Of a stretch of 64,000 nucleotides of DNA, positions 53,483 through 64,000 are shown in pieces; within the stretch, counting starts at the first letter, position 1; every line of letters starts with the position of its first letter. This stretch comes from Octopus vulgaris. Taxonomy: Eukaryota. The notes below the pieces were generated by a model. That model did not search any database, was not told the DNA's origin, and saw only the letters and a program-made list of their open reading frames with translations. The translations under genes were made by a program, and so were the position numbers. Location: the NCBI GenBank assembly GCA_951406725.2, contig OX597817.1, forward strand, positions 74,462,001 to 74,526,000. Direction: 5' to 3'.

Positions 53483-54393
53483 TAAGTTGTTATCAGAAAG
53501 TTCCCAAGCTGGTTCTGAAGCACACCAATAGATGGCAGCACATGGTTGTGTGTGCAAAGAGAGCAAGCAGTGAACCATTATAAGGCAATGTATCAAGTGA
53601 CGTCACTGTGTTTACTATGCAAGTTGTGAAATTTGTGTTTTTGCGATCACATGAATGTTGTAGTCAGCAAGTTTATCAGAGACAGGAACAAAGAACCAAC
53701 GTGAAATTCGGTTCTTAAACTTGGAAAGTCTGCTACAGAGACATTGAGCATGTGTTGACAAGCCTATAGCGATGAGGCAATGGGTCGTCCTCAATGTTTC
53801 AAATGGCCCAGGTGTTTCATAAGGCATGACAGAGTTGCAGCTCAATCAAGAGCATGATCATCGTTTTTTGCTACATCTGCAATATTATGCATTGAGAATT
53901 TGCCCACCAGGGCCAGACTATCAACTGAGAGTTCTTCTAAGACATTTTGAAGCATTTGAGGAAGGGCATTTGGAGAAAGTAACTGGATCTGTGGAGCACG
54001 AAGGATTAGATTCTTCATGATGACAGTGCACCCTGTCACTGAGCTCTACTCACTCACGAGTTTCTCATGAAAACCAGCATTGTATCACTTCCACACCTGT
54101 CCTATTTGCCAGATTTAGCACCTCAGGCTTCCATCTCTTCTCCCAAGATGAAAATGCAGCTCAAAGGTCACCGTTTTAACACCATCGTTGAGATCAAGAG
54201 TGAATTGCAGAAGGTCCTCAACTTGCTTACAGAAAATGACTTCCAGGCTAGATTCCAAAAGTGGCAGGAACACTGGGACTGGTGTATTGCTGTGCAAGGT
54301 GACTATTTCGATGGAGATGATGTTAAAACTTAAGGTAAATAAGTTATTCTTTCTTAAACATAACTAGTCTGGGAACATTTTGATACTACCTCG
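53483..54393 (+). mobile_element. Decayed mariner element in PSMA2 intron
   Basis: Imperfect ~32-bp TIRs with TA flanks. EQRTNVKF and KLGKSATETL (HTH), LHDDSAPCH (HDNAP-like), PHLSYLPDLAP (YSPDLAP-like), KWQEHWDWCIAVQGDYFDGD*. Confidence 0.88.
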
Positions 54394-54955
54394 TAATTAT
54401 GAGGTTGCTAATAGCATACAGCCCAACAATACTGATATGCTTTTTCCTTCATACATCACATTTAAGAGCATCATCATCATCGTTTAACGTCCGCTTTCCG
54501 CGCTAGCACGGGTTGGACGGTTTCGACCGGGGTCTGGGGAGCTCGGGACTGCCCCAGGCTCCAATCTAGTCTGGCAGTGTTTCTACAGCTGGATGCCCTT
54601 CCTAACGCCAACCACTCCGCGAGTGTAGTGGGTGTTTTTTACGTGCCACCTGCACAGGTGCCAGAGGGGTCTGGCATCGGCCACGTTCGGATGGTGCTTT
54701 TTATGTGGGGTGATGGTGCAGAAATATAGGGGAGCACCAGTGGGGAGGGGTGGTTCAGAGAAATGATGACAGGTTCTAGGCAAGTAGAACGTAGGATATC
54801 GAGAGAGGGGTAATGCATGGTGAAATAGCGTATTGAAGAGGGGGGTTCGAAGAGTAGACACCTATAATGGTGGTGGTGGGAGAAGCGACATCCGGTATAG
54901 ATGGAGCAAAATATAGAGATATCCGGTATTGGTGGTGGGGGTGGGAGGGCGGGCG

Positions 54956-56368
54956 CACCGCGCATTGGGAAGATGAGGTTTTAGGCGGCAGAAAGAAGAC
55001 AGGATTGAGATGATATGCTTTGCGGTGTGTGAATAAGTTTTTGTGAGTGAAAGTTTTTATGCTTCAGCTAGCATTTGAGACGAAAGACAACGATAACGCT
55101 ATTAGATGGGGATACAATAATAATAAGGCTTGCAAAAACAATGAAAAGAGGAAACAGGTCGGGAACTTAGCTGATGTTTTTCATCCTGCGGTATTGGCTA
55201 AGCCTGTGGAAGCGAGTGAAGGTGAGATATATACCGAGAGAGAGAGAGAGACAGTGAAAAACAGAGGGAGAACCGACACCACATAGCGAGAGAGAGAGAG
55301 AGAGAGACATAGTGACACCGCGCATTGGGAGAAGATGAGGTTTTAGGCGGCAGAAAGAAGACAGGATTGAGATGATATGCTTTGCGGTGTGTGAATAAGT
55401 TTTTGTGAGTGAAAGTTTTTATGCTTCAGCTAGCATTTGAGACGAAAGACAACGATAACGCTATTAGATGGGGATACAATAATAATAAGGCTTGCAAAAA
55501 CAATGAAAAGAGGAAACAGGTCGGGAACTTAGCTGATGTTTTTCATCCTGCGGTATTGGCTAAGCCTGTGGAAGCGAGTGAAGGTGAGATATATACCGAG
55601 AGAGAGAGAGAGAGACAGTGAAAACAGAGGGAGAACCGACACCACATAGCGAGAGAGAGAGAGAGAGAGACATAGTGACACCGCGCATTGGGAGAAGATG
55701 AGGTTTTAGGCGGCAGAAAGAAGACAGGATTGAGATGATATGCTTTGCGGTGTGTGAATAAGTTTTTGTGAGTGAAAGTTTTTATGCTTCAGCTAGCATT
55801 TGAGACGAAAGACAACGATAACGCTATTAGATGGGGATACAATAATAATAAGGCTTGCAAAAACAATGAAAAGAGGAAACAGGTCGGGAACTTAGCTGAT
55901 GTTTTTCATCCTGCGGTATTGGCTAAGCCTGTGGAAGCGAGTGAAGGTGAGATATATACCGAGAGAGAGAGAGAGACAGTGAAAACAGAGGGAGAACCGA
56001 CACCACATAGCGAGAGAGAGAGAGAGAGAGAGACATAGTGACACCGCGCATTGGGAGAAGATGAGGTTTTAGGCGGCAGAAAGAAGACAGGATTGAGATG
56101 ATATGCTTTGCGGTGTGTGAATAAGTTTTTGTGAGTGAAAGTTTTTATGCTTCAGCTAGCATTTGAGACGAAAGACAACGATAACGCTATTAGATGGGGA
56201 TACAATAATAATAAGGCTTGCAAAAACAATGAAAAGAGGAAACAGGTCGGGAACTTAGCTGATGTTTTTCATCCTGCGGTATTGGCTAAGCCTGTGGAAG
56301 CGAGTGAAGGTGAGATATATACCGAGAGAGAGAGAGAGAGAGACATACTGACACCGCGCATTGGGAGA
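54956..56368. repeat. Tandem array of ~362-bp near-identical monomers (x~4)
   Basis: Units start CACCGCGCATTGGGA at 54956, 55316, 55679, 56042 and 56352, and differ mainly in (GA)n length. Identical ORF starts at 55047, 55409, 55772 and 56135. Confidence 0.95.
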
Positions 56369-57632
<1,264 letters not shown>

Positions 57633-57800
57633 ATGGTCGCAGTTGTGTGGCTGAAGCAGGTAAAAGAGTAAAAGAGTATAGAACCCAACTGAAAAGTATT
57701 GAGTCATCCATCAACTTAATGTGCAGCTATTTGTATATATATATATATATATATATAAAACCATGCACAAAAAGATCATCATCATCATCATTTAAAATCT

Positions 57801-59388
57801 GCAGCTGAAGCATATAAACTTTCATTCACAAAAACTTCGCAAAAACATCTCGTCTCAAATTTGGTCTTTCTTTCTGTCGCTTAATTCTCTAACCCATCTT
57901 TTCCCAACTTCCACTCATAGAAACTTATGCACACGATCGCAAAGCATTCCATCTCAAATCCTGTCTTTCTTTCTGCCGCCTAAAAATCTCATCTTCTCCC
58001 ATTGCGCGGTGTCGTTTTGTCCCTCTGTTATCACTATGTCTCTCTCTCTCTCTCTCTCTCGCTATGTGGTGTCGGTTTCTCCCTCTGTTATCACTGTCTC
58101 TCTCTCTCTCTGTATATATATCTCGCCTTCACTCGCTTCCACAGGCTTAGCCAATACGCAGGATGAAAAATATCAGCTAAGTCCTGTTCCTTCTTTTCAT
58201 TGTTTTTGCAAGTATCATCATCACCATCAAGCCTTCTTATTATTATTGTTTCCCCATATATTGGCGTTATCGTTGTCTTTCGTCTCAAATGCTAGCTGAA
58301 GCATATAAACTTTCATTCACAAAAACTTTGCAAAAACATCGTCTCAAATTTGGTCTTTCTTTCTGTCGCTTAATTCTCTAACCCATCTTTTCCCAACTTC
58401 CACTCATAGAAACTTATGCACACGATCGCAAAGCATTCCATCTCAAATCCTGTCTTTCTTTCTGCCGCCTAAAAATCTCATCTTCTCCCATTGCGCGGTG
58501 CGCCCGCCCTCCCACCCCCACCACCAATACCACCCCCACCACCAATACCACCCCACCACCAATACCACCCCCACCACCAATACCACCCCCACCACCAATA
58601 CCACCCCCACCACCAATACCACCAATACCGGTGAACACTGTTCTCACCGTCTACACCGGATACTCCCTCCTCCTCCCCCACCACCCCTTCCTACCCCTTC
58701 TCATATGCTTTCACTGAGAAAAGACAAGCTGCTAGCGTCTCAGCTCATCAACCGCCCTCTGATCTTACGCTTCCTCCTGTTTTGAACTGACACTGCCTCA
58801 ATCCTACTATCTCCTTCCAGTCCCCTCCATGCCTCGTAATATCCTACGTTTTTATTTCTTACGAACCTGCACCAACCCTTCCTGCCATCGTTCCTCCTTA
58901 CCCCCCAACCTCCCCCACACCTACCCATATATATATATACACATCCTACGTTTATATTTCTTACGAACCTTCACCAACCCTTCCTGCCATCGTTCCTCCT
59001 TACCCCAACCTTCCCCACTGGTGCTCCCCTATATTACCCGCACCCCTTTACTATCTCTCCCTCTCTTTTCACTGGTGAAACCTTTCTCAGCTGGCCCCCC
59101 CCCAACTCAACTCTACCCCGCATCCCGTTGCCCCCCGTGTCCCTGGCACGTTAAAAGCTCGAACCGATCGTGACCGATGCCGGACCCCCCGGCCCCTGTG
59201 CAGGTGGCACGTAAAAGCACCCAATCCACTCACGGAGTGGTTGGCGTTAGGAAGGGCATCCAGCCGTAGAAACTCTGCCAAAATCAGACTGGAGCCTGGA
59301 GCGGCCCCTGGCTTCCCAGACCCCAGTCGAACCGTCCAACCCGTGCTAGCGCGGAAAACGGACGTTAAACGAAGATGATGATGATGAT
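57801..59388 (+). mobile_element. Composite element: monomer repeats + C-rich body + RTE-type tail (inverted relative of 54469-56368)
   Basis: 57802-58011 is repeated at 58293-58500. Reverse-complement similarity to the 362-bp monomer; (CCCCCACCACCAATACCA)n minisatellite; RTE tail ending in (GAT)n. Confidence 0.7.
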
Positions 59389-60378
<990 letters not shown>

Positions 60379-62318
60379 CATGAAAATAGAATATACAATA
60401 TAACACAAAAAGGATAAGCAAATACATTAAAATGTGAGAACATTTGTCTTTCTCTCACCCTTGGTTTATTTGTCATTGAGTTTAAAATAATGAAGGGAAG
60501 ACAATTCATTAACTCCTTCTTTTGGAATTGTTTCCTGCTCCTTTCTTTCACATGTTATCTACTCTCACTTATCACTTTCAGTAGATGTCTTATTCTAGGG
60601 TCAGAGAGCCAATTTTATAATGTATGGTAAAAATTAAGAATACTATAGCTTTGGTCTATAGTATCACAGTAGAAGATACTTGCCCAAAGAACCACACTAA
60701 GGGATGATGGAATAGATCCTGAAACCACATAATTGTGAAATGAACTTGACCACCCCACTAAGCTTGCATCTGTAGTTAGCAATAAATATGGTATATATCT
60801 GTACAATAATTGCTTTAACTAAAACCATTGCTCATATTAGTATAAAAAATGCATGCTAGTAATTATAAGTAAATAAATAAAATTACAGTAAGATAAAATA
60901 TGAAAACCTGAGAACGTTTATTGACATTAACCCTTTTGAGACCAACCTGACTGGGACCACCCCTAATTCTATTATATAAATTCCCTATTTTAATGTGATC
61001 TAAATTAAACCCTCTTATCAAACTTCCATGTTAACAAAAAAGTTATTTTACTAAATTTCCTTATTTTCAAAATTAACTAAAACAAAGGCAGTGTATTTCA
61101 ACAGAAATATGGTAACAGAAGGGTAAATGTTTAGTTTATGCTCTAGACATAATTACTGAGCAATAATTACCTTCATAATATAAATGAATGAACTATGAGA
61201 ATGTGTTTTCTGTGACAGAAAATAACACCTTCCCTGATGCAGGTCTTCATAAATGAATATGATTATATCTGTATAATTATTATGCAAGTAACATCAGTCA
61301 CAAATTTTGGCACGAGGTCAGCAATTTCAGAGGGGAAGGGGAAGTCGATTACATCGACCCCAAGTGCTTGACAGTACTTACTTCATTGACCTCAAAAGGA
61401 TAAGAGACAGCTGATCTCAGAACATAAGGACAGACAAAATGCCACTAAGCATTTTGCCCAGCATCTTAACAGTTCTGCCAGCTCAGTGCCTTATCATGCA
61501 AGTAATATCACCGGTAGTGAAGGACTATAACAAGAGATGAGGCCTTCTGCTAGAACAAACCCATTCAATCTCTTCATCATCATTTTAATATCCACTTTTC
61601 TATGCTTAATTCTAGTGTTTGATGCCCTTCCTGCTACCAATCTTCACCTGCTTTCAAGCAAGCTAATAGCTTCCTTATGGCCAGACATGTTTCCACTGAA
61701 GACAAGAAACCAGTGATACTACTTGTATAATGGTGACAAAGACACACACAGGCACATTTACATAGATATATACAACAGATGCTTCTTACAGTTTCTGCCA
61801 ATCAGATCCATTCACAAGGATTATGTTGGCTTGAGGTCACAGGGGAAGGCACTTGCCCAAGATGCCATGCAGTGGGACTAAACCTAAAATTACATGATTG
61901 GGAAGTGAACTTCTTAATCAAACAAACACAGCTCTACCCATCCAATTTGTGCCAGCATGGAAAAATTAGGTGTAAAACCATGATAAAATTGAAGAAGACA
62001 ATAATTACTGAAAATACAGATTCTCAGTTGAACACTTGATTAGTACTTTGATGGGTGACTGCTTTGAGTGACCCAAATGCTGTAAGCCTTATGATGAGTG
62101 GGTGACATAATCAGTAAATAAGTTGGGCAAAATACCTTGTATTTGGTTATGTTGTTTTACATTTTGAGTTCAAATCTTGCCCAAGTTTACTTTGTCCTTT
62201 CAAGACCAATAAAATAAATATCAGGATTAATACAATCAACTATACCCTTGAAGGCAGCATCTTAGCACAACTACAGTGCAGTAACTAAAATCAGTAATAG
62301 AATATGTTAAAAACTTAC

Positions 62319-62406
62319 TGAAGGATCACATTGATATAAATATGGCTTCTGCTCATCTTCATCCCAGCCAGCTACCAGAAGAGAAACACCAAATGGACGA
62401 ACACCT
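62319..62406 (-). CDS. PSMA2: Proteasome subunit alpha type-2, internal exon (5' exons outside the window)
   Basis: tag|A GGT...TCA|gtaagt. [29 protein letters not shown] carries the alpha-subunit RPFGVSLL motif. Confidence 0.95.
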
Positions 62407-64000
62407 CTACAATAAAAAACAGTTTAAGATAAGCAAATAATCATTATTATAAAAACATGGAAAAGCAGACACAAAATGATAATGGTGACAAGCCAATATG
62501 TTATTTGTTTTGTATTGTTAAAAATGCTATGAAACAATGCAAACAATTACTGGTTGGAGTTAACTTAATTAACAGAATTTCTTTTTAAAAAATGCCTAAA
62601 ACCCTGTACTTTATTTACCCAATCAATAATAGTACTAAAAATATAAAATATCACATAGTTGGCCTTGGCCAGGTACTCAAAAAAAGTTTACAATGCACAC
62701 ATCAGAAATCTCGTACCTTATTTTGTATATTTATTGCATCTTCAAAAGAGCAGCAATAATAATAATAATCTACTATGCCTAGTGACACCTTTTTTTCAGG
62801 AAGAGGAAATAGATTATAAAGCATTGTCAGAACAAGATAGTAGTTTATTTTATTGATGCCAGAGAAATATGAAAAATTTAAACTTTAAAATGTGAAATAA
62901 CACATATTTACACATCATCATCATTTGACATCCGTTTTCCATGCTGGCATGGGTTGGACGGCTTGACAGGAGCTGGCTAAGCAGGAGACTGCAGCAGGCT
63001 TCACTGTCTGTTTTGGCATAGATTTTACAGCTGAAGGCCCTTCCTAACACCAACCACCTTACAGAGTGGCCTGGGTATTTTTTACATGGCACCAGGCAAG
63101 AATATGGATTATGAAATTATTGCATTGCCTGCTGTGTGTTACAGAGAACTTCCATCAACAGTAATTTGACAAATGTTTGATGTGGGGGATGTAGTTAACT
63201 AAATTGACATAATACACCACTAACACCTTTATTTTTTGACCTTTGTAGGTTGAAAGGTAGTCCCTAGTGTACAGGGAACAAACTAAATGTTATATCTCTT
63301 AAATTATAAATAAATAAACAAGTGGGAGTGCTAGATTCCCTTGTTCGAAAATATAAGGACACAGATCGTGTCGTATAGCCAGCAGGGGACGATGTCTCTT
63401 GAGGCTAAATTACAGCAACATTCGTCCTAAACCAGGACTGCCATGTTATGTTGGCAAACAATCTTTACTACAAATAAACAATTATCAATAATATTATTCT
63501 ATTTTTATCAAGAAACACAACAGTTACAAGGTTGAAGTATTTGACTACTAACATGTTTAGAAGTTCGTATTTAACTATGTTAACTGTTATTTTGTTCCCT
63601 GAATAAAGTACATAATTCTGATTACTTAAGTTTGCAAAAATTATCTAAAAAAAGCGAATTTTATTATTAGAAATGCTACTAATTTGTCCTTTCGGGGTCG
63701 ATGAAATAAGTACCAACCTAGAGCTGGGATCACTATAATCAACAAGTCCCCTCCCTACAAATTTCAAGCCTTGTGTCTTTAGCAGAAAGGATTACAAATG
63801 CTTATGATATCATAAGGTTAATTGCTCAAAGTAAGTAAAAATGTTAAGAATTAGCTAACATTGCTTCTAGCTTCGGAAGCACGGGAGACAACTCAGTACA
63901 TTATTGCATATAAAGCTTCATCAACTGAAGTATGGGATTCACCAACTGATTCAAGCTATGAAAAAAAAAAATAATTACTCCAACAGACCAACCTCACAAA

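Noticed and set aside
55047-56350. Four copies of [19 protein letters not shown]... as a tandem peptide gene family
   Set aside because: They start at GTG, end differently depending on (GA)n length, show no recognisable domain, and the frame is not kept in the inverted relative.
54956-56368. CRISPR-like array or prokaryotic system
   Set aside because: The units are fully repeated with no unique spacers, no cas genes are present, and the window is clearly spliced eukaryotic DNA.

Overview
AT-rich, repeat-dense eukaryotic genomic DNA. The SINE, RTE-tail and MITE families and the very long (TA)n/(CA)n tracts look like those of an octopus; the taxon is an inference. Three spliced genes can be assembled by hand from GT-AG exons with consistent phases. 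(1) The last five coding exons of alkylglycerol monooxygenase (AGMO, + strand, 3499-15047). (2) A complete 8-exon SKAP2-like adaptor (dimerisation helix, PH, SH3; - strand, 43057-18534, 412 aa). (3) The last three coding exons of proteasome subunit alpha-2 (PSMA2, - strand, 62406-52004). Introns and intergenic DNA hold decayed transposons (Chapaev3-like, mariner, pogo-type, hAT and piggyBac MITEs, CR1/L2, RTE and RLE-type LINEs) and tRNA-derived SINEs, often nested with visible target-site duplications (TSDs). Almost all long ORFs in the supplied track are microsatellite artefacts. The most notable unexplained structures are: several minimal type I hammerhead-ribozyme motifs (one with an intact core, one inside a retrozyme-like unit); a 101-bp-arm foldback just upstream of the last SKAP acceptor; and a ~5-kb head-to-head pair of composite monomer+RTE-tail elements around a (TA)n tract in a PSMA2 intron. 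All family assignments come from recalled motifs, not database searches.
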